Origin: Escherichia phage LinBro
Length of the DNA stretch: 64,000 bases
Strand: one strand, 5' to 3'
Sequence record: OR896830.1
Part shown: positions 40,145-47,843 of the stretch, piece after piece
Position numbering within the stretch: the stretch's first letter is position 1
How the letters are laid out: the number at the start of each line of letters is the position of its first letter
Made by a program: the position numbers and the translations under genes
The notes under the pieces: model-generated
What the model was told of the DNA's origin: nothing
Database searches by the model: none
The model's input: the letters and a program-made list of their open reading frames with translations, nothing else

Positions 40145-40410
40145 CAGAGAATCAAGATACTTTTTACGTAGAAGGGTACTTACTGTTACCACGACCAAAA
40201 GAGACTTATATGCGAATTGATTTCTCACCAACCATTATGGATAATGTGATGTGCCATATCTTTATGCAAGGTGTCACAGCACAGCTTAAACATGTTGGTA
40301 AAGAGTGCAAAATAAAGGTTGACACTCATCCAGAAATCAAAGAGAATCACTACACATGGTTCTTACCAGATTCTAAAGAAATCTTAGCAGTTCTTAAAAC
40401 GAGGAAGTAA
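40141..40410 (+). CDS. hypothetical protein
   Basis: 89-aa ORF. Confidence 0.4.
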   Translation: MTENQDTFYVEGYLLLPRPKETYMRIDFSPTIMDNVMCHIFMQGVTAQLKHVGKECKIKVDTHPEIKENHYTWFLPDSKEILAVLKTRK

Positions 40411-40412
40411 CT

Positions 40413-40739
40413 ATGCAGATTAATGGAAGAGACTTTGTAGCCGTTTACTATGAGAAAGGTAAAGAAGTTGGCGTAGCACAAGTATCTTATGGCAATGGTA
40501 AGTGGCTATATGGAACAATCGCAGTAGTTGGAACAAGAAGTGATACAAAAACTTTTAAAGACTGTGTTGACCTTCTTGAAGAATCCATCCATAATCATTG
40601 GTGTCTGATATGGATGACTGACAACGAAGTGATAGAACGCTTCAAAAAGATTGGTATCAACATTGATAGTATTGAGCATGTTGATTTATATGAACTAACT
40701 GAGAAGGTAAACTATGAAAGTAATACTAGCCAGAGATAA
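40413..40739 (+). CDS. hypothetical protein
   Basis: 108-aa ORF. Confidence 0.4.
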   Translation: MQINGRDFVAVYYEKGKEVGVAQVSYGNGKWLYGTIAVVGTRSDTKTFKDCVDLLEESIHNHWCLIWMTDNEVIERFKKIGINIDSIEHVDLYELTEKVNYESNTSQR

Positions 40740-40941
40740 AAAGACACGGAAAATTATCCGGTCAGCAGTATTTATTGGAAGAAATGAAGTGATTCCTTTT
40801 ACAGCAAATGATGTGATAGTCTACAGGAAAAAATTAGCATTCAGTTATTGCTTACGTGGCTTTATCTCCCAGCCATTAGAAGATTTTAAAAATCGTTGTG
40901 GTAAAGGCATCATCATTCAAGAGGCAATTATTCATGGCTGA
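40714..40941 (+). CDS. hypothetical protein
   Basis: 75-aa ORF. Confidence 0.35.
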   Translation: MKVILARDKKTRKIIRSAVFIGRNEVIPFTANDVIVYRKKLAFSYCLRGFISQPLEDFKNRCGKGIIIQEAIIHG

Positions 40942-41134
40942 CTTCTGCAAAGACTGTGCTATCGAGATGTTTGGGCGTGATACAGGTGATTTAAAAGGTC
41001 TTATCACTGAAGATGACTTTAAAGCTGGCTACGCAATGCCAGTAATCTGTGAAGGTTGTGGGTGCATCTGGGTAGACCACGAAGGACAGCGTGTAAAACC
41101 TTCAGAAGATAAAGAGTCTTGGGAGAGATGTTAA
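40934..41134 (+). CDS. hypothetical Cys-rich protein
   Basis: ORF 40898..41134 trimmed to ATG (MADFCKDC); CxxC...CEGCGC. Confidence 0.35.
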   Translation: MADFCKDCAIEMFGRDTGDLKGLITEDDFKAGYAMPVICEGCGCIWVDHEGQRVKPSEDKESWERC

Positions 41135-41920
41135 ATGGGTATTGTAAAAATAATCAATGGTGATATCTTTGCCGCATTTGATAAAGGTAAGTTTGACATC
41201 ATCGGTCACGGTTGCAACTGTATGAATTTAATGGGTGCAGGTATCGCTGACAAGATTTCTAAACTTTACCCAAAAGCATATGAGACCGATACAGAAGTTT
41301 ATCTATATGCAGGTGGTATAGGACACAAGCCCTGTGAAAATTTACTAGGCAATTTCTCTGTAGCACGTTTAGAACAAGGCCGTATAGCTAACCTTTACAC
41401 TCAGCTTAAGACTGGTAAAGATGCCCGATACAGTGCTTTAGAATCATCTTTGAAACAGCTTAACAGATACTGTGAAGTTAACCAGTTGAAGAAAGTTGGT
41501 CTACCTATGATTGGTGCAGGTATCGGTGGGCTAGACCCTCAAGCCGTCACAGTTATCATTAATCAGGTGATGAAGAGTGTAGATGTGTATCTGTATGTCT
41601 ATGAAGGAGAGATGTACCACAAGTTACGCTCAGGTTGGAAGAACTACTGTGAACCAGAATACTTTGCAGGTGTAGTAACGTTCACAGACAATACAGTTAC
41701 CCTCTTCAGACGAAGAAAAGGTAAGATACATCAAAGTAACCCTCCGGTTGAAAAGATGTCTCTGAGTAACGCTCTAGTTACCCACCTGTCGAAGAGCAAT
41801 CACAGAATTGCAGTAACATTTGGCAGTGATGCAGATACTTATATCTATGCAAGGACTGATGAGGGTATTGAGTTAATCTTCTCTTCACCAGAGCTTACCT
41901 TCTTAGACGCAAAGAACTAA
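41135..41920 (+). CDS. Macro-domain protein (ADP-ribose binding or hydrolysing)
   Basis: N-terminal IINGDIF...DIIGHGCNC...MGAGIA matches macro-domain GDIT..D.IVNAAN..GGG pattern. Confidence 0.55.
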   Translation: MGIVKIINGDIFAAFDKGKFDIIGHGCNCMNLMGAGIADKISKLYPKAYETDTEVYLYAGGIGHKPCENLLGNFSVARLEQGRIANLYTQLKTGKDARYSALESSLKQLNRYCEVNQLKKVGLPMIGAGIGGLDPQAVTVIINQVMKSVDVYLYVYEGEMYHKLRSGWKNYCEPEYFAGVVTFTDNTVTLFRRRKGKIHQSNPPVEKMSLSNALVTHLSKSNHRIAVTFGSDADTYIYARTDEGIELIFSSPELTFLDAKN

Positions 41921-41990
41921 GAAATTTCGTAGTATATTCACAATAGACTAAGCCTTTCTTATCTGGTAAATTTTTCAGGTAAGGAGGGCT

Positions 41991-42172
41991 TTTTCATTTC
42001 AGATTTGTGCAGGTAGAGTTCTGTAGAGAAATCTGTAGAGAGAATTTTAAACTCCAAAGAGAAAATTCATTTTCAAACTGTGCAGGTAATCTCCAAAGAG
42101 CTTTTTCATTTTCAAAACGTGCAGACCCCGCTCAGGTCGGGCAAGAAAAATCATTTTAGAATTGTGCAGGTA
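41991..42172 (+). repeat. four direct repeats TCATTTT(N3-6)GTGCAGGTA
   Basis: Copies near 41991, 42066, 42104 and 42149; a related TTTTGTGCAGAG follows the rIIB terminator at about 37830. Confidence 0.5.
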
Positions 42173-42348
42173 GGTGGGTGTAGGTGGGGCTGTCGCCATT
42201 TCTCACAAGGCTACCACATCTGAAAATAAAAGTCAACAGAAAAATTTGTAGCGGATTGAAAAATAATTCTTGATTGTAGTTCTGTTTTGTGGTAGTCGCG
42301 CGCACCCGTTTCATTACAATTTTTGCAAAAATATTTTTAAAATTCCTA

Positions 42349-42377
42349 TTGACTCTTTGAGTATGGTTATCTAATAT
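42349..42377 (+). promoter_or_regulatory. sigma70-like promoter for the small-gene array
   Basis: TTGACT, 17-bp spacer, TAATAT; about 50 bp upstream of first array gene. Confidence 0.6.
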
Positions 42378-42427
42378 TTGCATCAGACGGGCAATCAAGC
42401 CCACTTCCTAAACTGGAGAATCTAAAA

Positions 42428-42634
42428 ATGCTTTACAGTCGCGAATTGATGGTTACAACTAACATTAACACAAAGGCAAAACGTTTTTACATGCAAATCT
42501 GTGGCGTATGGTCCAGAATATCAGAAGCTGACTATTGCAACTATGTAGAAACGGCTATTAATTCGAATTGCTACCTTACAAGAAACACTAAGAAGTTTAC
42601 AAGACAGACAGCAATTTACTACTACGATAAATAA
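42428..42634 (+). CDS. array gene 1, hypothetical
   Basis: 68 aa, GGAG RBS, first ORF after promoter. Confidence 0.4.
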   Translation: MLYSRELMVTTNINTKAKRFYMQICGVWSRISEADYCNYVETAINSNCYLTRNTKKFTRQTAIYYYDK

Positions 42635-42720
42635 AGTACTTTACAAGGGGCTTATAGTTCGATAAAGTAAGCCCCAGATAAAGAGCTTTACTAACTAACC
42701 TTAAACTAGGAGATTCAAAA
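42631..42720 (+). repeat. type-A leader element, copy 1
   Basis: ATAAAGTACTTTACAAGGGGCTTA..TAAGCCCCAGATAAAGAGCTTTAC with 8-bp stem, then AGGAG-type RBS and ATG. Confidence 0.6.
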
Positions 42721-43104
42721 ATGGCTTATCGTGCACCGAAATTCATCAACAAAGACAACTTTCGCAAAGTACTGGAGAAGTCACTTGATGAGAATTTTAA
42801 AGGCAATATTATTGTTGTTCACGCATTCAATTTTAAGTATGATGTAAACGGGAATAGAATCAACCATTACACGGCAACCATGTTAGATGGTACACTATCA
42901 AGTGAAAAAGCCGTACTGAATGCACTAGCAGGACGCGGAAAAGTATTAGTAAGATGCGATAAGCGACGTTATCAGGGTGGCGCATATGGTCATGATGATG
43001 CTGTTTATCATCTTGAAAATATGGGCTATAAAGTAGAAAAAGCTGGGGTATCGCAAATCATCGGGAGCGATGGTTATGTAACAATCTTCAAAATTAACGA
43101 ATAA
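42721..43104 (+). CDS. array gene 2, hypothetical
   Basis: 127 aa behind type-A leader. Confidence 0.45.
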   Translation: MAYRAPKFINKDNFRKVLEKSLDENFKGNIIVVHAFNFKYDVNGNRINHYTATMLDGTLSSEKAVLNALAGRGKVLVRCDKRRYQGGAYGHDDAVYHLENMGYKVEKAGVSQIIGSDGYVTIFKINE

Positions 43105-43190
43105 AGTACTTTACAAGGGGCTTATAGTTCGATAAAGTAAGCCCCAGATAAAGAGCTTTACCACTAAATCCTAAATTGGAGAACTTAAAA
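43101..43190 (+). repeat. type-A leader element, copy 2
   Basis: Near-identical to copy 1. Confidence 0.6.
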
Positions 43191-43484
43191 ATGGCTATTA
43201 TCAAAAACGTTGTAATTCCTGCAAAAACTCGTGATGACGCTCGTATTATGGCTAAAAAGTTATGCGGGAAAGTGGTTGACAACGGAAAACAAGCTGCTGT
43301 AAGGTGGGGCGTGAAGGCTGATAAACAGTTGAAGTTAAAAAATTCACCGATAAACCTTTTTACATGTGTAAACACTATCGGGAAGACAAATGTATACACG
43401 AAAAAGGCATACATTAGACGCGTAGCATTAACATCCCCCATTCGTACAATGAGAAGTTATGCAAAGCTGAAAAATAACCGATAA
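43191..43484 (+). CDS. array gene 3, hypothetical
   Basis: Start moved to ATG after leader (MAIIKNVV); track start 43176 is a TTG inside the repeat. Confidence 0.45.
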   Translation: MAIIKNVVIPAKTRDDARIMAKKLCGKVVDNGKQAAVRWGVKADKQLKLKNSPINLFTCVNTIGKTNVYTKKAYIRRVALTSPIRTMRSYAKLKNNR

Positions 43485-43571
43485 AGTACTTTACAAGGGG
43501 CTTAAAAGTTGATATCTTAAGCCCCAGATAAAGAGCTTTACCACTCAATCCTTAAACTAGGAGACTCAAAA
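43481..43571 (+). repeat. type-A leader element, copy 3 (variant loop)
   Basis: Same flanks; stem loop changed to GGGGCTTAAAAGTTGATATCTTAAGCCCC. Confidence 0.55.
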
Positions 43572-43868
43572 ATGAAATTATCGAATAAAGTTCGTGAAAA
43601 TCTAAGCAAGTTACTCAACAAAATTGATTTTATCGAGACATCAAGAAATAATCATGATGTTATGGAATGGTTGCACGGCAAAATAAAAGGCCGTCGCGTA
43701 GTGATTTGCTTATGGAATAGTTGCAGGGAGTATAAAAAACCTGTATTGCAAGTAAATATTTATGATGATACTTTTAAAAGTCCAGTAAAGTCTAAAAGTG
43801 ACTTATTAGAATCCTATGAGATAACTGTAAATGGCAAAGTATCACGTAAAGAGGAAACACCATGTTAA
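43572..43868 (+). CDS. array gene 4, hypothetical
   Basis: 98 aa behind type-A leader. Confidence 0.45.
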   Translation: MKLSNKVRENLSKLLNKIDFIETSRNNHDVMEWLHGKIKGRRVVICLWNSCREYKKPVLQVNIYDDTFKSPVKSKSDLLESYEITVNGKVSRKEETPC

Positions 43869-44194
43869 TGACTGGCATCACCGCAATCCTTGCCATTTTC
43901 GCGCTATATAAGGCATATAAAGCCTATAATCTAGCAAATAAGGCAATCACGCAACAGGTCAATAATAGCCTTGTAATGAGCTTTCTGGAGCGTTTAAGTG
44001 ATGAACAAATAAAACGGTTAGAAATGAGCTTCAGATTTCAATCAAAAACTTATCAAATCAGCGACATTTTCAAAGATGATTTTCAGTTAGTCGATGATTA
44101 TAATTCTCTGATAAATGCTTTAAATGTCAGTGACTTAAAAGACTACTACGCTGTAATTGTTCAAGAATTGAGCAAACGAAAAAATTTCTCTTGA
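43862..44194 (+). CDS. array gene 5, hypothetical
   Basis: 110 aa; overlaps gene 4 stop, GAGGAA RBS, no leader of its own. Confidence 0.4.
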   Translation: MLMTGITAILAIFALYKAYKAYNLANKAITQQVNNSLVMSFLERLSDEQIKRLEMSFRFQSKTYQISDIFKDDFQLVDDYNSLINALNVSDLKDYYAVIVQELSKRKNFS

Positions 44195-44281
44195 TTTTGG
44201 TTTTTAAAACAAGTAAATTACTAATCAACGGGAGGTAATAACCTCCCCACTAAGTAAAGTCCTTAAACTAGGAGATTCAAA
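44189..44281 (+). repeat. type-B leader element, copy 1
   Basis: TTGATTTTGGTTTTTAAAACAAGTAAATTACTAATCAACGGGAGGTAATAACCTCCCC...AGGAG; stem GGGAGG/CCTCCC. Confidence 0.6.
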
Positions 44282-44554
44282 ATGTACACTACTAACAACG
44301 GTCGCACCTTAAACGTAACCATTCGTCACTATGTGAACGGTGTAATGCACTTCGAAGATTTACAAGCCGAACAACATATCTTAGATTGGCAACTTGCAGG
44401 ACTACAAAAAACTGCTACAGGATACGGGAAAAAGATTCCAACCAGTTGGAAAGTATACTACGAAGGCCGTTTGCGCAGAATTTATCAAGATGTATACAGC
44501 AATAGCGCAACAAGTTACATCATAGTAAAAGGTAAAAAGCTGCATTTAGTATAA
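44282..44554 (+). CDS. array gene 6, hypothetical
   Basis: 90 aa behind type-B leader. Confidence 0.45.
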   Translation: MYTTNNGRTLNVTIRHYVNGVMHFEDLQAEQHILDWQLAGLQKTATGYGKKIPTSWKVYYEGRLRRIYQDVYSNSATSYIIVKGKKLHLV

Positions 44555-44640
44555 AGTACTTTACAAGGGGCTTATAGTTCGATAAAGTAAGCCCCAGATA
44601 AAGAGCTTTACCACTAAATCCTAAATTGGAGAACTTAAAA
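44551..44640 (+). repeat. type-A leader element, copy 4
   Basis: Near-identical to copy 2. Confidence 0.6.
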
Positions 44641-45045
44641 ATGGCTATTAATAATCGCGAGTTATCAATCTTAAAAGCACGTTTGACCGTTAACCGGATT
44701 AATGTTATTACGTCATCAGCACCGGACGAAACATTGCACAACATTATTGGGAAGATTCAAAGCGTTATCTTAGACGTTGAAAACGTAAAAAACTCATTGG
44801 CTGACGTTGCAGCAGGTATCACGCTAGACGGTGCACAATATGAAATGACCGACATGTTAGGCAAATCTAAGGTAATGAATAAAGAGCTTGATTTGAAAAT
44901 GTTTCGGTTTGCTGTTAAAGTGTGGCTATCTGTCGAGTATGACGCTAACTTTGCAATCGCTGACTTTTTCGCCACTTGGTTACAACGTAATTTGACAAAT
45001 CATGATTTTCGTGGTATCTGTGATGCAATTTACACAGAACTCTAA
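44641..45045 (+). CDS. array gene 7, hypothetical
   Basis: Start moved to ATG after leader (MAINNREL). Confidence 0.45.
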   Translation: MAINNRELSILKARLTVNRINVITSSAPDETLHNIIGKIQSVILDVENVKNSLADVAAGITLDGAQYEMTDMLGKSKVMNKELDLKMFRFAVKVWLSVEYDANFAIADFFATWLQRNLTNHDFRGICDAIYTEL

Positions 45046-45053
45046 AAATTTAT

Positions 45054-45146
45054 CTTGATTTTGGTTTTTAAAACAAGTAAATTACTAATCAACGGGAGGT
45101 AATAGCCTCCCCACTAAACAAAGTCCTTAAACTAGGAGATTCAAAA
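45054..45146 (+). repeat. type-B leader element, copy 2
   Basis: Near-identical to type-B copy 1. Confidence 0.6.
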
Positions 45147-45350
45147 ATGGCTATTATTAACGGTTTAACCATTGAAACTACACACATCAAAGATATTAAA
45201 GTCGGTGATGTAGTTCTCTTTCACGGTGTAGAAAAAACCGTCACGGCGAAAGATATTACAGAGGACTCCTTCATGGGTAGGTCACTCTTCGGTGATTCTT
45301 ATTGCTTAGGTTACCGTGCAGTTTTAAAAGTTGTAAAAAATAACCGATAA
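45147..45350 (+). CDS. array gene 8, hypothetical
   Basis: 67 aa behind type-B leader. Confidence 0.4.
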   Translation: MAIINGLTIETTHIKDIKVGDVVLFHGVEKTVTAKDITEDSFMGRSLFGDSYCLGYRAVLKVVKNNR

Positions 45351-45435
45351 AGTACTTTACAAGGGGCTTATAGTTCGATAAAGTAAGCCCCAGATAAAGA
45401 GCTTTACCACTAAATCCTAAACTGGAGATTCTAAA
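45347..45435 (+). repeat. type-A leader element, copy 5
   Basis: Near-identical to copy 1. Confidence 0.6.
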
Positions 45436-45978
45436 ATGAAATGCTTTCACGGTACTACCCAAGAAAATTTCCTCAACCTGATTAATAACGGTGACAAGCC
45501 ATCAGGTGCATGGAATTGTTCGGATATGGACGGCAATTTTTACGTGTACCCAGAAAATAAAATCTATGGCGACGATGAGGAAGAGATAATCTCTGAAGGT
45601 ATCCAGCAAGCGTTAGGTAATGCCACTATTACGGCCGCTTTCCAGATGAAAACCCAAAATATTGTTATCTTAGAACTTGATATCCCAGAGGATGACCTAA
45701 ATGACGATTATTCTTGTGATAATATGTCTGGCGTAGCAAGTTTTACAGAATACTTCGATTTAAATTGGATTAAAAAGGTTTACGTAACCGAGTTTAATGC
45801 GATGTTTTCGCCTTTTTGTCTTCCTTCATTGGATAACCCAAATTTAAAGTATCTTGATGAGTCTCTGGAGCTTCTTGCTAAAAGTATTCAACAGTCGGAT
45901 AGTATTCAGGTTTTTTGTGACATCATGGATACACTAGCGGGAAACATCACAGAGAGAGATTTAAAGAGCTTTTTCTAA
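45436..45978 (+). CDS. array gene 9, hypothetical
   Basis: 180 aa behind type-A leader. Confidence 0.45.
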   Translation: MKCFHGTTQENFLNLINNGDKPSGAWNCSDMDGNFYVYPENKIYGDDEEEIISEGIQQALGNATITAAFQMKTQNIVILELDIPEDDLNDDYSCDNMSGVASFTEYFDLNWIKKVYVTEFNAMFSPFCLPSLDNPNLKYLDESLELLAKSIQQSDSIQVFCDIMDTLAGNITERDLKSFF

Positions 45979-46009
45979 AAACCTATGCAATCACCTTATA
46001 AACACTGAT

Positions 46010-46030
46010 TAGCCCCTCACAGGGGCTTTT
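46010..46030 (+). terminator. rho-independent terminator
   Basis: AGCCCCTCACAGGGGCT hairpin then TTTT. Confidence 0.55.
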
Positions 46031-46044
46031 AAGAGGCTTAAATC

Positions 46045-46278
46045 ATGCTTACAACCGTTTATCTTATCCTTTCTATTTGTAATGGTCATTCATGTGATTT
46101 TAAAGGGCTTGAGGAGTTTACAGGAAGTAAAGAAAATGCTGTTCAGGTCTGTCAGATAGCAAGACAAGACTATCCCGCTAGTGATGATATACAATGTTAC
46201 TTTAAGACAGAAGATGAAGACGGTATCTATTTTGACAGCGTAGATGGTCAGTATGAAATTATCATTGAAAAAGACTAG
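46045..46278 (+). CDS. array gene 10, hypothetical
   Basis: 77 aa; no conserved leader. Confidence 0.4.
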   Translation: MLTTVYLILSICNGHSCDFKGLEEFTGSKENAVQVCQIARQDYPASDDIQCYFKTEDEDGIYFDSVDGQYEIIIEKD

Positions 46279-46296
46279 ACAAGCCTGATAAAAGTA

Positions 46297-46366
46297 TGTA
46301 AATTGTCAATCAACGGGAGGGATAACCTCCCTACTAAGTAAAGTCCTTAAACTAGGAGATTCAAAA
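46297..46366 (+). repeat. type-B leader element, copy 3 (5'-shortened)
   Basis: GTAAATTGTCAATCAACGGGAGGGATAACCTCCC...AGGAG. Confidence 0.55.
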
Positions 46367-46708
46367 ATGGCTTATGTAACCGTAATTACCGATAAAGATG
46401 GCTCATCTTGGTCAACTCAAGTAAGCGATAAGATGTCACCTATGCAGTGCCTAAAATACTTTGAGCAATGGAACAAAGGCGAGGACACAAGCCCCTTTCA
46501 AGTGATGCAGATTATCCATGTAGATAACGAAGGGAATAAAACGGTTTTAAATAGTGAGTACTACGCAAGCCGTTTTGAAACGAGAAGTAAAACAATGAAG
46601 CTTTTACGTGAATCCGGTTATGCCCATATCGCCGCGTTAATCTGGGATGACCTGCTAAAAAGTCAGCGTATCAGCTATGTAAAACCTGAAAAAATATTCA
46701 TCAGTTAA
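46367..46708 (+). CDS. array gene 11, hypothetical
   Basis: 113 aa behind type-B leader. Confidence 0.45.
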   Translation: MAYVTVITDKDGSSWSTQVSDKMSPMQCLKYFEQWNKGEDTSPFQVMQIIHVDNEGNKTVLNSEYYASRFETRSKTMKLLRESGYAHIAALIWDDLLKSQRISYVKPEKIFIS

Positions 46709-46740
46709 TCAATAACTTACAAAAAACTTTCAAAAAAGTA

Positions 46741-46769
46741 TTGACAACGCCCCTTGACATTGGTAGATT
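46741..46769 (+). promoter_or_regulatory. sigma70-like promoter inside the array
   Basis: TTGACA, 17-bp spacer, TAGATT. Confidence 0.4.
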
Positions 46770-46852
46770 TGTTCGAGGGGGTTTATCTAAAAGGGATTAA
46801 CTTAAAAGATTCTTTATAGATAAACTTAAAAAATTGCTTGCAATCAGATATC

Positions 46853-46929
46853 AAAACAAGTAAATTACTAATCAACGGGAGGTAATGACCTCCCCACTAA
46901 ATAAAGTCCTTAAACTAGGAGATTCAAAA
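46853..46929 (+). repeat. type-B leader element, copy 4
   Basis: Near-identical to type-B copy 1. Confidence 0.6.
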
Positions 46930-47460
46930 ATGAACAAATTTCAAGCTATCAACTACATTCGTTCAAATGCTGTAATGGCTAAGCCTGTTAAAGATACCTA
47001 CGAATTTCGCTGCAATGGGGTACACTTTGCAACCATCACTAAATCAGAAAATGGGGCTTATTATGTACATCGTCGTAATGTTGCAACCGTTGTAGTCTCT
47101 CACTTTATGCAAGCTGTAGCAGAGTTATTACCGCTATTCTTAGGGATTTACTTAGATGAGTGTAAAAACGTTCGCAACCACGTTAAAGACCTTTTAAACG
47201 GTTATAAAATGGCTTATGAGCGTTCTATCAAGTCCTTAAACAAGTTCTATAAAGCCCCTGTAAATACTGTTTCAATGGCTTACAGTGTAAGCGGTGAGTT
47301 GGTTAGTCTCTTCGAAGTGGAAGAAATCGAACTGCATGACTTGCGCCCTAGTGGTTACAGCAAAACATTGGGAGAGGGTTTATCTTTCAATATCAAGAAC
47401 TTAGAAAAAACTTTAAAAGATATTGAAAAAGACATTGACGAGACAATCAAAAATCTGTAA
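46930..47460 (+). CDS. array gene 12, hypothetical
   Basis: Start moved to ATG after leader (MNKFQAINY); track start 46885 lies inside the repeat. Confidence 0.45.
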   Translation: MNKFQAINYIRSNAVMAKPVKDTYEFRCNGVHFATITKSENGAYYVHRRNVATVVVSHFMQAVAELLPLFLGIYLDECKNVRNHVKDLLNGYKMAYERSIKSLNKFYKAPVNTVSMAYSVSGELVSLFEVEEIELHDLRPSGYSKTLGEGLSFNIKNLEKTLKDIEKDIDETIKNL

Positions 47461-47528
47461 ATTGTCAATCAACGGGGAGGGAATGACCTTCCCCACTAAA
47501 TAAAGTCCTTAAACTAGGAGACTCTAAA
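47456..47528 (+). repeat. type-B leader element, copy 5
   Basis: Near-identical to type-B copy 3. Confidence 0.55.
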
Positions 47529-47777
47529 ATGGCAACTATCCGCGCAACTGTTAACGAATTTGGCTTCTACTCTCTGGATGTTAAATTCGACCTTGTGGGT
47601 ACTGATAACGCCTTTGAAATGGTGAAAGTTCTTATCAGTCAGACCATCAAAGACTATAATCCTTCAGATGAGTTCTGGAAAGAAACAAAACAGGAAGTTC
47701 TCAAAGAGGGCTATTCATATCACTATTGGGGTGAAAAAATCGTCTCCCTGTACTACGACAAAGAAGGCACTAACTAA
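47529..47777 (+). CDS. array gene 13, hypothetical
   Basis: 82 aa behind type-B leader. Confidence 0.45.
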   Translation: MATIRATVNEFGFYSLDVKFDLVGTDNAFEMVKVLISQTIKDYNPSDEFWKETKQEVLKEGYSYHYWGEKIVSLYYDKEGTN

Positions 47778-47815
47778 TCGACGCAACGGGGCTAAATAGC
47801 CCCAGATACCTTTAC

Positions 47816-47842
47816 AGCCCCTCTGAATAGGGGCTTTTTTAC
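47816..47842 (+). terminator. rho-independent terminator closing the array
   Basis: AGCCCCTCTGAATAGGGGCT hairpin then TTTTTT. Confidence 0.65.
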
Positions 47843-47843
47843 G

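Noticed and set aside
42156-42404. Minus-strand ORF 42156..42404
   Set aside because: Sits on the direct-repeat region and the array promoter, on the strand opposite to all neighbouring genes.
43094-43441. Minus-strand ORFs 43094..43441, 44520..44744 and 45271..45462 sharing KFSNLGFSGKALYLGLTLSNYKPLVKYFI
   Set aside because: The shared peptide is the reverse-strand translation of the type-A leader repeat; they overlap well-supported plus-strand genes.
42631-47528. Possible CRISPR array, because of regularly spaced near-identical repeats
   Set aside because: Repeat units are ~90 bp, of two different families, each ends in an RBS and start codon, and the spacers are 200-550-bp protein-coding ORFs of variable length.
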